Shown here: one piece after another, positions 23,601-38,600 of the stretch
Position numbering within the stretch: position 1 is the stretch's first letter
How the letters are laid out: every line of letters begins with the position of its first letter
Translations under genes and position numbers: made by a program
From: Eledone cirrhosa
Lineage: Eukaryota
NCBI GenBank assembly: GCA_964016885.1
Contig: OZ024741.1
Location: 400,272,001 to 400,336,000, forward strand
Direction of reading: 5' to 3'
Length of the DNA: 64,000 nt
The notes under the pieces: model-generated
Database searches by the model: none
What the model saw: only the letters and a program-made list of their open reading frames with translations
Told to the model about the DNA's origin: nothing

Positions 23601-26600
23601 AGTACAGTCAACAGCCCAGTACAGTCTACAGTACAGTCCACAGTACATTACATTCCACAGTAAATTTCAGTCCAGAATACAGTACAGTCCACAATACAGT
23701 ACAGTACACAACCCAGTACGGTCCACAACCCAGTTCAGTCCATAGTACAGTACATATCACAGTACAGTACAGTCCACAGGACAGTCCAAAGTCCAGTACA
23801 GTCCACAGCCCAGTACATTCGACAGCCCAGTACAGTCCACAGTACAGTACAGTCTACAGTACAGTACAGTCCACAGTACAGTCCACAGTACAGTACAGTT
23901 CACAGTACAGTACCGTCCACAGCCCAGTACAGTCTACAGTACAGTCCACAGTACAGTACAGTCCACAGTACAGTACAGTCCATAGTACAGTACAGTCCAC
24001 AGCCCAGTACAATCCACAGCACAGTACAGTTCACGATGCAGTACAGTCCACAGTACCGTACACTCCAAATCCAGTACAGTCCACAATACTGTACATTCCA
24101 CAACCCAGTACGGTCCACAACCCAGTACAGACTACAGTACAGTACAGTCCACAGTACTGTACAGTCCCCAGTACAGTCTACAGCCCAGTAAATCCACAGT
24201 ACAGTACAGTTCAAATCCAGTACAGTCCACAGTACACTACAGTACATAGTACAGTACAGTCCACAGTACAATCAACAGCCCAGTACAGTCCACAGTATAG
24301 TACAGTCCACAGCCCAGTACAGTCCAGAGGTCAGTACAGTCCACAGTAGAGTATAGGCCACAGTACAGTACAGTCCACAGTACAGTACAGTCCACAGTCC
24401 AGTACAGTCCACACTACAGTACAGTCCACAGTACAGTACAGTCCACAGCCCAGTACAGTCCACAGTACAGTCCACAGCCCAGTACAGTCCACAGTACAAT
24501 ACAGTCCACAGTACAGTCCACAGTACAGTACAATCCACAGCCCAGTACAGTCCACAGTACAGTCCCATACCAGTACAGTCCCATACCAGTACAGCCCACA
24601 GTACAGTACAGGCCATAGTACAGTACAGTCCACAGTACAGTACAGTCCAAAGTTCAGTACAGACCACAATACAGTACATTCCACAACCCAGTACAGTCTA
24701 CAGTACAGTACAGTCCACATTACTCTACAGTACACAGCCCAGCACAGTCCACAGTACAGTCCACAATTCAGTACAGTCCACAGTCCAGTACAGTCCACGA
24801 TACAGTACAGTCCACAGTACAATCCGCAGTACAGTACAGTCCACAGTACAGTAAATCGACAGTACAGTAACATCCACAGCCCAGTACAGTCCACAGTACA
24901 GTACAGTCAACAGCCCAGTACAGTCTACAGTACAGTACAGTCCACAGCCCAATACAGTCCAGAATACAGTCCACAATACAATACAGTCCACAATAGAGTA
25001 CAGTCCACAGCGCAGTAAAGGCCACAGTACAGTCCCCAGTAGAGTACAATCTACAGTACAGTACAATCCACAGCCCAGTACAATCCACAGTACCCTACAG
25101 TCCACAGCCCAGTACAGTCCAAAGTCCAGTACAATTCACAGTACAGTACAGTCCACAGTACAATACAGCCACAGTACAATACAGTCCACAGTACAGTCCA
25201 CAGCCCAGTACAGTCCACAGTCCAGTACAGTCAACATTACAGTACAGTCTACAGTACAGGACAGTCCACAGTACAGTACAGCCCACAGTATAGTACGGTC
25301 CAGAATACAGTACAGTCCACAATACAGTACAGTCCACAACCCAGTACAGTCCACAACCCAGTACAGTCCACAGTACAGTACAGACCACAGTACTCTACAG
25401 TCCACAGTACAATACAGTCCACAGTACAGTACATTCCACCGCCCAGTACAGTCCACACTACAGTACAATCCACAATACAGTACAGGCCACAGTACAGTTC
25501 ACAGTACAGTCCACAGTACAGTACAGTACACAGCTCAGTACAGTCCAAAGTCCAGTACAGTCCGCAGTACACTCCAGAGTACAGTAAGTCTACACTACAG
25601 TACATTCCACAGTACAGTACAATCCATAGCCCCATACAGTCCTCAGTACAGTCCACAGCCCAGCACAGTCCACAGAACAGTACAGTCCACAGTACAGTAC
25701 AGTCCACAGTAAAGTACAGTCCAAAGTACAGTACAGTCCACAATACAGTAGAGTCCACAGTACAGTACAGTCCAGAGTACAGTACACTCCACAGCCCAGT
25801 ACAGGCCACAGTACAGTACAGTCCTCAGTAGAGTACAATCCACAGTACAGTACAGTCCTCAGCCCAGTACAATCCACAGTACTCTACAGTCCACAGCCCA
25901 GCACAGTCCAATGTCCAATACAATCCACAGTACAGTACAGTCCAAAGCCCAGTACAGTTCACAGTACACTCCAGATTACAGTACAGTCCACACTACAGTA
26001 CAGTTCACAGTACAGGCCACAGTACAGTTCACAGTACAGTCCACAGTACAGTACAGCCCACATTACAGTACAATCCACCGTACAGTACAGTCCACAGTAC
26101 AGTCCACAGCCCAGTACAGTCCAAAGTCCAGTACAGTCCACAGTACACTCCAGATTACAGTACAGTCCACACTACAGTACAGTCCACAGTACAGTACAGT
26201 CCACAGCTCAGCACAGTCCACAGTACAGTCCACAGTACTGTATAGTCCACAGTACAGTACAGTCCACAGTATAGTACAGTCCACAGTACAGTCCACAGCT
26301 CAGTACAGTCCACAGTACAGTACAGTCCACAGCCCAGTACAGTCTACAGTACAGTCCACAGTACAGTAAAGTCTACAGTACAGTCCACAGTACAGTACAG
26401 TCCACAGCCCAGTACAGTCCACAGTACAGTACAGTCAACAGCTCAGTACAATATACAGTACAGTCAACACTACAGTACAGTCCACAGTACAGTACAGTCC
26501 ACAGTACAGTAAATCGACAGTACAGTAACATCCACAGCCAAGTGAAGTCCACAGCCCAGTACAGTCCACAGTACAGTACAGTCAACAGCCCAGTACAGTC

Positions 26601-29600
26601 CACAGTACAGTCCACAGTACAGTACAGTCTACAGCGCAGTACAGTCCACAGTACAGTACAGTCCACAGTACAGTACAGTCCACAGCCCAGTACAGTCTAC
26701 AGTACAGTCCAGAGTACAGTAAAGTCTACAGTACAGTCCACAGTACAGTACAGTCCACAGTACAGTACAGTCAACAGCTCAGTACAATATACAGTACAGT
26801 CAACACTACAGTACAGTCCACAGTACAGTACAGTCCACAGTACAGTAAATCGACAGTACAGTAACATCCACAGCCAAGTGAAGTCCACAGCCTAGTACAG
26901 TCCACAGTACAGTACAGTCAACAGCCCAGTACAGTCTACAGTACAGTACAGTCCACAGCCCAATACAGTCCAGAATACAGTCCACAATACAATACAGTCC
27001 CCAATAGAGTACAGTCCACAGCGCAGTACAGGCCACAGTACAGTCCCCAGTAGAGTACAATCCACAGTACGGTACAATCCACAGCCCAATACAATCCACA
27101 GTACCCTACAGTCCACAGCCGAGTACAGTCCAAAGTCCAGTACAATTCACAGTACAGTACAGTCCACAGTACAGTACAGCCACAGTACAATACAGTCCAC
27201 AGTACAGTCCACAGCCCAGTACAGTCCACAGTCCAGTACAGTCAACATTACAGTACAGTCTATAGTACAGGACAGTCCACAGTACAGTACAGCCCACAGT
27301 ATAGTACGGTCCAGAATACAGTACAGTCCACAACCCAGTACAGTCCACAACCCAGTACAGTCCACAGTACAGTACAGACCACAGTACTGTACAGTCCACA
27401 GTACAATACAGTCCACAGTACAGTACATTCCACCGCCCAGTACAGTCCACACTACAGTACAATACACAATACAGTACAGGCCACAGTACAGTTCACAGTA
27501 CAGTCCACAGTACAGTACAGTACAGTACACAGCTCAGTACAGTCCAAAGTCCAGTACAGTCCGCAGTACACTCCAGAGTACAGTAAGTCCACACTACAGT
27601 ACATTCCACAGTACAGTACAATCCATAGCCCCATACAGTCCTCAGTACAATCCACAGCCCAGCACAGTCCACAGAACAGTACAGTCCACAGTACAGTACA
27701 GTCCACAGTAAAGTACAGTCCAAAGTACAGTACAGTCCACAATACAGTAGAGTCCACAGTACAGTACAGCCCAGAGTACAGTACAGTCCACAGCCCAGTA
27801 CCTTCTCCAGTACACTCCACAGCCCAGTACAGGCCACAGTACAGTACAGTCCTCACTAGAGTACAATCCACAGTACAGTACAGTCCTTAGCCCAGTACAA
27901 TCAACAGTACTCTACAGTCCACAGCCCAGCACAGTCCAAAGTCCAATACAATCCACAGTACAGTACAGTCCAAAGCCCAGTACAGTTCACAGTACACTCC
28001 AGATTACAGTACAGTCCACACTACAGTACAGTTCACAGTCCACACTACAGTACAGTTCACAGTACAGGCCACAGTACAGTTCACAGTACAGGCCACAGTA
28101 CAGTTCACAGCACAGTCCACAGCCCAGTACAGTCCACAGTACAGTACAGTCCACAGTACAGTACAGTCCACAGCCCAGTACAGTCCAGAGTTCAGTACAG
28201 TCCACAGTACAGTACAGTCTATAGCCCAGTACAGTCCACAGTACAGTACAGTCCACAGTACAGTCCACAGCCCAGTACAGTCTACAGTACAGTCCACAGT
28301 ACAGTACAGTCCACAGCCCAGTACAGTCCACAGTACAGTACAGTCAACAGCTCAGTACAATCTACAGTACAGTCCACACTACAGTACAGTCCACAGTACA
28401 GTACAGTCCACAGTACAGTACAGTCAACAGCACAGTACAGTCTACAGTACAGTACAGTCCACAGCCCAATACAGTCCAGAATACAGTCCACAATACAATA
28501 CAGTCCCCAATAGAGTACAGTCCACAGCGCAGTACAGGCCACAGTACAGTCCCCAGTAGAGTACAATCCACAGTACAGTACAAGCCACAGACCAATACAA
28601 TCCACAGTACCCTACAGTCCACAGCCCAGTACAGTCCAAAGTCCAGTACAATTCACAGTACAGTACAGTCCACAGTACAGTACAGCCACAGTACAATACA
28701 GTCCACAGTACAGTCCACAGCCCAGTACAGTCCACAGTCCAGTAGTCAACATTACAGTACAGTCTACAGTACAGGACAGTTCACAGTACAGTACAGCCCA
28801 CAGTATAGTACGGTCCAGAATACAGTACAGTCCACAATACAGTACAGTCCACAACCCAGTACAGTCCACAACCCAGTACAGTCCACAGTACAGTACAGAC
28901 CACATTACTGTACAGTCCACAGTACAATACAGTCCACAGTACAGTACATTCCACCGCCCAGTACAGTCCACACTACAGTACAATCCACAATACAGTACAG
29001 GCCACAGTACAGTTCACAGTACAGTCCACAGTACAGTACAGTCCAAAGCCCAGTACAGTGCACAGTACAGTACAGTCCACAACCCAGTACAGTGCACAAC
29101 CCAGTACAGTCTACAGTACAGTACAGTTCAAACTACTGTACAGTCCACAGCCCATTGCAGTCCACAGTACAGTACAGTCAAAAGTCCAGCACAGTCCACA
29201 CTACAGTATAGTCGACACGCCAGTTCAGTCCACAGTATAGTCTGCAGTACAGTACAGTCCACAGCCCAGTACAGTCTACAGTACAGCCCACAGTACAGTA
29301 TAGTCCATAACCCAGTACGGTCCACAGTACAGTCCACAGTACAGTACAGTCCACAGCCCAGTACAGTCCATACTACAGTACAGTCCACAGTACAGTACAG
29401 TCCACAGCCCAGTTCAGTCCACAGCCCAGTTCAGTCCATAGTACAGTACAGAACACAGTACAGTACAGTCCACAGTACAGTCCAAAGTCCAGTACAGTCC
29501 ACAGTACAGTACAGTCCACAGTACACTACAGTCCACAGTACAGTCCACAGCCCAGTATAGTCCACAGTACAGTACAGGCAACAGTACAGTACAGTTCACA

Positions 29601-32600
29601 ATACAGTACAGTCAACAGTACAGTACAGTCCAAAGTCCAGTACAGTCCACAATAATGTACAGTCCACAACCCAGTACGGTCCACAACCCAACTTAGTCTA
29701 CAGTACAGTACAGTCCACAGTACTGTACAGTCCACAGCCCAGTACAATCCGCAGCCCAGTACAGTCCACAGCCCAGATCAATCCACAGTACAGTACAGTC
29801 CAGAATACAGTACAGTCCACAACTCAGTACAGTCCACAACCCAGTACAGTCTACAGTACAGTACAGTACACAGTAGTGTCTAGTTCACAGTACAGTACAG
29901 TCCACAGTACAGTACAGTCCACAGCCCAGTACAATCCACAGTACTGTACAGACCACAGCCCGGTACAGTCCACAGCCCAGTACAATCCACAGTACAGTAC
30001 AGTCCACAGTACAGTACAGTCCACAGTACAGTACAGTCCACAGCCCAGTAGTGTCCACACTACAGTACAGTCCACAGTACACTACAGTCCACAGCCCAGT
30101 TCAGTCCACAGTACAGTACAGTTCGATATCCAGTACAGTCCACAGTACAGTACAGTCCACAGCCCAGTTCAGTCCACAGTACAGTACAGTTCGATATCCA
30201 GTACAGTCAACAGTACAGTCCACAGTACATTACAGACCACAGTACAGTCCACAGTACAGTACAGTCCACAGTACAGTACAGTCCACAGCCCAGTACTATC
30301 AACAGTACTGTACAGTCCACAGCCCAGTACAGTCCACAGTACAGTACAGTCCACAGTACTGTACAGTCCACAGCCCAGTACAGTCCACACTACAGTACAA
30401 TCCACAGTACAGTACAGTCCAGAGTACAGGCCACAGTACAGTTCACAGTACAGTCCACAGTACAGTACAGCCCACAGTACAGTACAGTCCAAAGTACAGT
30501 ATAGTCCACAGTACAGTACAGTCCACAGTACAGTACAGACCACAACCAGTACAGTCCACAATCCAGTATAGTCCACAGTACAGTACAATCCAAAGTCCAG
30601 TACAGTCCACAATACAGTACACTCCACAACCCAGTACAGTCTACAACCCAGTACAGTCTACAGTAAAGTACAGTCCACAGTACTATACAGTCCACAGCCC
30701 AGTACAATCCACAGCCCAGTACAGTCCGCAGTACAGTACAGTCCACAGCCCAGTACAGTCCACACTACAGTACAGTGCACAGTACAGTACAGTCCACAGC
30801 CCAGTACAGTCCACAGTAGAGTACAGTCCACAGTACTGTACAGTCCACAGCACAGTACAGTCCACAGTACGGTCCACAATACAATACAGTCCACAATACA
30901 GTACAGTCCACAATCCAGTACAGTCCACAACCCAGTAAGTCTACAGCACAGAATACAGTACAGTCCACAATACAGTACAGTCCACAACCCAGTACAGTCC
31001 ACAACCCTGTACAGTCCAGAGTACAGTACAGACCACAGTACTGTACAGTCCACAGTACAGTCCACAGTACAGTACAGACCACAACCCAGTTCAGTCCACA
31101 ACCTAGTACAGTCCACAGTACAGTACAGTCCAAAGTCCAGTACAGTCCACAATGCAGTACACACCACAACCCAGTAGAGTCCAAAACCCAGTACAGTCTA
31201 CAGTACAGCCCACAGTACAGTACAGTCCATAACTCAGTACGGTCCACAGTTCAGTCCACAGTACAGTACAGTCCACAGCCCAGTACAGTCCATACTACAG
31301 TACAGTCCACAGTACAGTACAGTCCACAGCCCAGTTCAGTCCACAGCCCAGTTCAGTCCATAGTACAGTACAGACCACAGTACAGTACATTCCACAGTAC
31401 AGTACAGTCCACAGTACAGTCCACAGCCCAGTACAGTCCACAGTACAGTACAGGCAACAGTACAGTACAGTTCACAATACAGAACAGTCAACAGTACAGT
31501 ACAGTCCACAATACTGTACAGTTCATAACCCAGTACAGTCCACAACCCAATACAGTCTACAGTACAGTACAGTCCACAGTACTGTACAGTCCACAGCCCA
31601 GTATAGTCCACAGCCCAGTACAGTCCACAGCCCAGTACAGTCCACAGTACAGTACAGTCCAGAAAACAGTACAGTCCACAACTCAGTACAGTCTACAGTA
31701 CAGTACAGTCCACAGTAGTGTATAGTTCACAGTACAGTACAGTTCACAATACAGTACAGTCCACAGTACAGTACAGTTCGATATCAAGTACAGTCCACAG
31801 TACAGTCCAGAGTACATTACAGACCACAATACAGTCCACAGTACAATACAGTCCACAGTACAGTACAGTCCACAGCCCAGTACTATCCACAGTACTGTAC
31901 AGTCCACAGCCCAGTACAGTCCACAGTACAGTACAGTCAACAACCCAGTACAGTCCACAGTACAGTCCACAGCCCAGTACAGTCCACACTACAGTACAGT
32001 CCACAGTACAGTACAGTCCACAGCCCAGTTCAGTCCATAGTACAGTACAGACCACAGTACAGTACAGTCCACAGTGAAGTACAGTCCAAACTCCAGTACA
32101 GTCCACAGTACAGTCCAAACTCCAGTACAGTCCACAGTACAGTACATTCCACAGTATAGTACAGTCCACAGAACAGTCCACAGTACAGTGCACAGTACAG
32201 TCCACAGCTCAGTAGAGTCCACAGTACAGTACAGTTCACAATACAGTACAGTCAACAGTACAGTACAGTCCAAAGTCCAGTACAGTCCACAATACTGTAC
32301 AGTCCACAACCCAGTACGTTCCACAACCCAGTACAGTCTACAGTACAGTACAGTCCACAGTACTGTACAGTCCACAGCCCAGTACAGTCCACAGCCGAGT
32401 ACAGTCCACAGTATAGTACAGTCCAAATCCAGTACAGTCTACAGTACAGTACACAGTACAGTACAGTCCACAGTACAGTCAACAGCCCAGTACAGTCTAC
32501 TGTACAGTCCACAGCCCAGTAGTGTCTACACTACAGTACAGTCCACAGTACAGTACAGTCCACAGTACAGTACAGTCCACAGCCTAGTTCAGTCCACAGT

Positions 32601-35600
32601 ACAGTACAGTTCACAGTACAGTACAGTCAACAGTACAGTACAGTTCGAAGTCCAGTACAGTCCACAGTACAGTACAGTCCAAAGTCCAGTACATTCCACA
32701 ATACTGTACAGTCGACAACCCAGTACAGTCCACAACCCAGTACAGTCTACAGTACAGTACAGTCCACAGTACTGTACAGTCCACAGTACAGTACAATCCA
32801 AGTCCAATACAGTCCACAGTACAGCCCACAGTATAGTAGAGTCCAGAATACAATACAGTCCAGAATACAGTACAGTCCACAACCCAGTACAGTCAACAAC
32901 CCTGTCCAGTCCTCAGTACAGTACTGACCACACTACTGTACAGTCCACACTACAGTACAGTCCACAGTACAGTACAGTTCACAGCCCAGTACTATCCACA
33001 GTACTGTATAGTCCACAGCCCAGTACAGTCCACAGTACAGTACAGTCCACAGTACAGTACAGTCCACAGCCCAGTACAGTCAACACTACAGTACAATCCA
33101 CAGTACAGTACAGTGCACAGTACAGGCAACAGTACAGTTCACAGTACAGTCCAGTGTACAGTACATCCCACAGTACAGTACCGTCCACAGTACAGTATAG
33201 TTCACAGTACAGTCCACAGTACAGGACAGACCACAACGCAGTACAGTCTAGAACCCAGTACAGTCCACAGTACAGTCCACAGTACAGTACAGTCCAAAGT
33301 CCAGTACAGTCCACAGCCCAGTAAGTCCACAGTACTGTGCATTCCACAGCACTACAGTCCACAGCCCAGTACAGTCCACAGTACAATACAGTCCAAAGTC
33401 CAGTACAGTCTACAGTACACAGTACAGTACTGTCCACAGAACAGTACAGTCCACAATCCAGTACAGTCAACAGCCCAGTACAGTCTACAGTACAGTCCAC
33501 AGTACATTACTTTCCACAGTAAATTTCAGTCCAGAATACAGTACAGTCCACAATACAGTACAGTACACAACCCAGTGCAGTCCACAACCCAGTACAGTCC
33601 ACAGTAGAGTACAGTCTACAGTACAGTACAGTCCACAGCCCAGTACAGTCGACAGCCCAGTACAGTCCACAGTACAGTACAGTCTACAGTACAGTACAGT
33701 CCACAGTACAGTCCACAGTACAGTACAGTTCACAGTACAGTACCGTCCACAGCCCAGTACAGTCTACAGTACAGTCCACAGTACAGTACAGTCCATAGTA
33801 CAGTACAGTCCACAGCCCAGTACAGTCCAAAGCACAGTACAGTTCACAATGCAGTACAGTCCACAGTACCGTACACTCCAAATCCAGTACAGTCCACAAT
33901 ATTGTACAGTCCACAACCCAATACGGTCCACAACCCAGTACAGTCTACAGTACAGTACAGTCCACAGTACTGTACAGTCCACAGCCCAGTACAGTCCACA
34001 GCCCAGTACAATCCACAGTACAGTACAGTTCAAATCCAGTACAGTCCACAGTACACTACAGTACACAGTACAGTACAGTCCACAGTACAATCAACAGCCC
34101 AGTACAGTCCACAGTATAGTACAGTCCACAGCCCAGTACAGTCCAGAGTTCAGTACAGTCTACAGTAGAGTATAGGCCACAGTACAGTACAGTCCACAGT
34201 ACAGTACAGTCCACAGTCCAGTACAGTCCACACTACAGTACAGTCCACAGTACAGTACAGTCCACAGCCCAGTACAGTCCACAGTACAGTCCACAGCCCA
34301 GTACAGTGCGCAGTACAGTACAGTCCACAGTACAGTCGACAGTACATTCCACAGTACAGTCCACAGTACAGTACAATCCACAGCCCAGTACAGTCCACAG
34401 TACAGTCCCATACCAGTACAGCCCACAGTACAGTACAGGCCATAGAACAGTACAGTCCACAGTACAGTCCAAAGTTCAGTACAGACCACAATACAGTACA
34501 TTCCACAACCCAGTACAGTCTACAGTACAGTACAGTCCACCTTACTCTACAGTACACAGCACAGCACAGTCCACAGTACAGTCCACAATTCAGTACAGTC
34601 CACAGTCCAGTACAGTCAACAATACAGTACAGTCAACAGTACAATCCGCAGTACAGTACAGTCCACAGTACAGTAAATCGACAGTACAGTAACATCCACA
34701 GCCCAGTACAGTCCACAGCCCAGTACAGTCCACAGTACAGTACAGTCAACAGCCAAGTACAGTCTACAGTCCAATACAGTCCAGAATACAGTCCACAATA
34801 CAATACAGTCCACAATAGAGTACAGTCCACAGCGCAGTAAAGGCCACAGTACAGTTCCCAGTAGAGTACAATCCACAGTACAGTACAATCCACAGCCCAG
34901 TACAATCCACAGTACCCTACAGTCCAGAGCCCAGTACAGTTCAAAGTCCAGTACAATTCACAGTACAGTCCACAGTAAAGTACAGTCCAAACTCCAGTAC
35001 AGTCCACAGTACAGTCCACAGTACAGTAGATTCCACAGTATAGTACAGTCCACAGAACAGTCCACAGTACAGTACAGTCCACAGTACAGTCCACAGCCCA
35101 GTAGAGTCCACAGTACAGTACAGTTCACAATACAGTACAGTCAACAGTACAGTACAGTCCAAAGTCCAGTACAGTCCACAATACTGTACAGTCCACAACC
35201 CAGTACGTTCCACAACCCAGTACAGTCTACAGTACAGTACAGTCCACAGTACTGTACAGTCCACAGCCCAGTACAGTCCACAGCCGAGTACATTCCACAG
35301 TATAGTACAGTCCAAATCCAGTACAGTCTTCAATACAGTACACAGTACAGTACAGTCCACAGTACAGTCAACAGCCCAGTACAGTCTACTGTACAGTCCA
35401 CAGCCCAGTAGTTTCCACACTACAGTACAGTCCACAGTACAGTACAGTCCACAGTACAGTACAGTCCACAGCCTAGTTCAGTCCACAGTACAGTACAGTT
35501 CACAGTACAGTACAGTCAACAGTACAGTACAGTTCGAAGTCCAGTACAGTCCACAGTACAGTCCACAGTACAGTACAGTCCAAATTCCAGTACATTCCAC

Positions 35601-38600
35601 AATACTGTACAGTCGACAACCGAGTACAGTCCACAACCCAGTACAGTCTACAGTACAGTACAGTCCACAGTACTGTACAGTCCACAGCCCATTACAGTCC
35701 ACAGTACAGTACAATACAAGTCCAATACAGTCCACAGTACAGCCCACAGTATAGTACAGACCAGAATACAATACAGTCCAGAATACAGTACAGTCCACAA
35801 CCCAGTAGAGTCAACAACCCTGTCCAGTCCTCAGTACAGTACAGACCACACTACTGTACAGTACAGACCACACTACTGTACAGTCCACACTACAGTACAG
35901 TCCACAGTACAGTACAGTTCACAGCCCAGTACTATCCACAGTACTGTATAGTCCACAGCCCAGTACAGTCCACAGTACAGTACAGTCCACAGTACAGTAC
36001 AGTCCACAGCCCAGTACAGTCAACACTACAGTACAGTCCACAGTACACTACAGTCCACAGCCCAGTACTATCCATAGTACAGTACAGTCAACAGCCCAGT
36101 ACAATCCACAGTATAGTACAGTCCACAGCCCAGTACTATCCACAGTACTGTACAGTCCACAGCCCAGTACAGTCCACAGTACACTCCAGAGTACAGTACA
36201 GTCCACACTACAGTACAGTCGACAGTCCACAGTACAGTACAGTTCACAGTACAGTACAGTCCACAGTACAGTTCGAAGTCCAGTACAGCCCACAGTACAG
36301 TACAGTCCAAAGTACAGTACAGTCCAGAGTTCAGGACTGTCCACAGTACAGTATAGGCCACAGTACAGTCCACAGTACAGTACAGTACACAGCCCAGTAC
36401 AGTCCACACTACAGTCCACACTACAATACAGTCCACAGTACAGTACAGTGCACAGCCCAGTACAGTCCACAGTACAGTCCACAGGCCAGTACAGTACGGT
36501 CCACAGTACAGTACAGTCCGCAGCCCAGTACAGTCCACAGTACAGTCCCAGCCCTGTAGAGTCCACAGTACAGTCCAAATTCCAGTACAGTCCACAATAC
36601 AGTACAGTCCACAACCCTGTATAATCCACAACCCAGTACAGTCTACATTACAGTACAGTTCACAGTACTGTACAGTCCAGAGCCCAGTACAGTCCACAGT
36701 ACAGACCACAGTACAGTACAGACCACAGCCCAGTACAGTCCACAGCCCAGTACAGTCCACAGTACAGTACAGTCCACAGTACACTACAGTCACCAGCCCA
36801 GTACAGTCCACAGCCCAGTACAGTCCACCGCCCAGTACAGTCCACAGTACAGTACAGTCAACAGACCAGTACAGTCCACAGCCCAGTACAGTCCACAGTA
36901 CAGTACAGTCCACAGCCCAGTACAGTCCTGAATACAGTCCACAATACAATACAGTCCACAGTAGAGTACAGTCCACAGCCCAGTACAGGCCAGAGTACAG
37001 TAAGTCCCCAGTAGATTACAATCCACAGAACCCTACAATCCACAGCCCAGTACAGTCCAAAGTCCAGTACAATCCACAGTACAGTACAGTCCACAGTACA
37101 GTACAGCCACAGTACAGTACATTCCACAGTACAGTCCACAGCCCAGTACAGTCCACAGACCAGTACATTGAACATTACAGTACAGTCTACAGTACAGTAA
37201 AGTCCACAGTACAGTACTATCCACAGTACTGTACAGTCCACAGCCCAGTACTGTCCACAGTACAGTACAGTCCAGAATACAGTACAGTCCACAGCCCAGT
37301 ACAGTCCACACTGCAGTACAATCCACACTACAGTGCACAGTACAGGCCACAGTACCGTTAACAGTAGAGTCCACAGTAAAGTACAGCCCTCAGTACAGCC
37401 CTCAGTACAGTACAGTCCAGAGTACAGTCCACATTACAGTACAGTCCACAGCTCAGTACAGTCCAAAGTCCAGTACAGTCCACAGTACACTCCAGAGTAC
37501 AGTACAGTCCACAGTACAGTACAGCCCACATCCCAGTTCAGTCCACAGTACAGTACAGTTCACAGTACAGTACAGTCCACAGTACAGTACAGTTCGAAGT
37601 CCAGTACAGTCCACAGTACAGTTCAGTCCACAGTACAGTACAGAACACAGTACAGTCCACAGACCAGTACACTCCACAGTACAGTACAGTCCACAGTACA
37701 GTAGAGTCCACAGGACAGTACAGTCCACAGACCAGTACAGTCCCCAATACAGTAAAGTCCACAGTACAGTACAGTCCACAGCCCAGTACAGTCCACAGTA
37801 CAGTCCAAAGTCTAGTACAGTCCACACTACAGTACAGTGCACAGTACAGTACTGTCCACAGTGCAGTACAGTCCACAACGCAGTACAGTCCATAATCCAG
37901 TACAGTCCACAGTACAGTACAGTCCAAAGTACAGTACAGTCCACAGCCCAGTACAGTCCACAGCCCAGTACAGTCCACAGTACAGTACAGTCCACAGTAC
38001 TGTACAGTCCACAGCACAGTACAGTCCACAGTACGGTACAAATCCAGTACAGTCCACAATACAGTACAGTCCAAAGTCCAGTACAATCCACAGTACAGTA
38101 CAGCCACAGTACAGTGCAGTCCACAGTACAGTCCACAGCCCAGTACAGTCCACATCCCAGTACAGTCCACAGACCAGTACAGTCCACATTACAGTACAGT
38201 CTACAGTACAGTACAGTTCACAGTACAGCCCACAGTATAGTACAGTCCAGAATACAGTACAGTCCACAATACAGTACAGTCCACAACCCAGTACAGTCTA
38301 CAACCCTGTACAGTCCACAGTACAGTACAGACCACAGTACTGTACAGTCCACATTACAGTACAGTCCACATTACAGTACAGTCCACAGCCCAGTACTATC
38401 CACAGTACTGTACAGTCCACAGCCAAGTACAGTCCACAGTACAGTACAGTCCACAGTACAGTACAATCCACAGTCCAGTACAGTACACACTACAGTACAA
38501 TCCACAGTAAAGTACAGTCCACAGTACAGGCCACAGTACAGTTCATAGTACAGTCCACAGTACAGCCCACAGTACAGTCCACAGTACAGTACAGTCCACA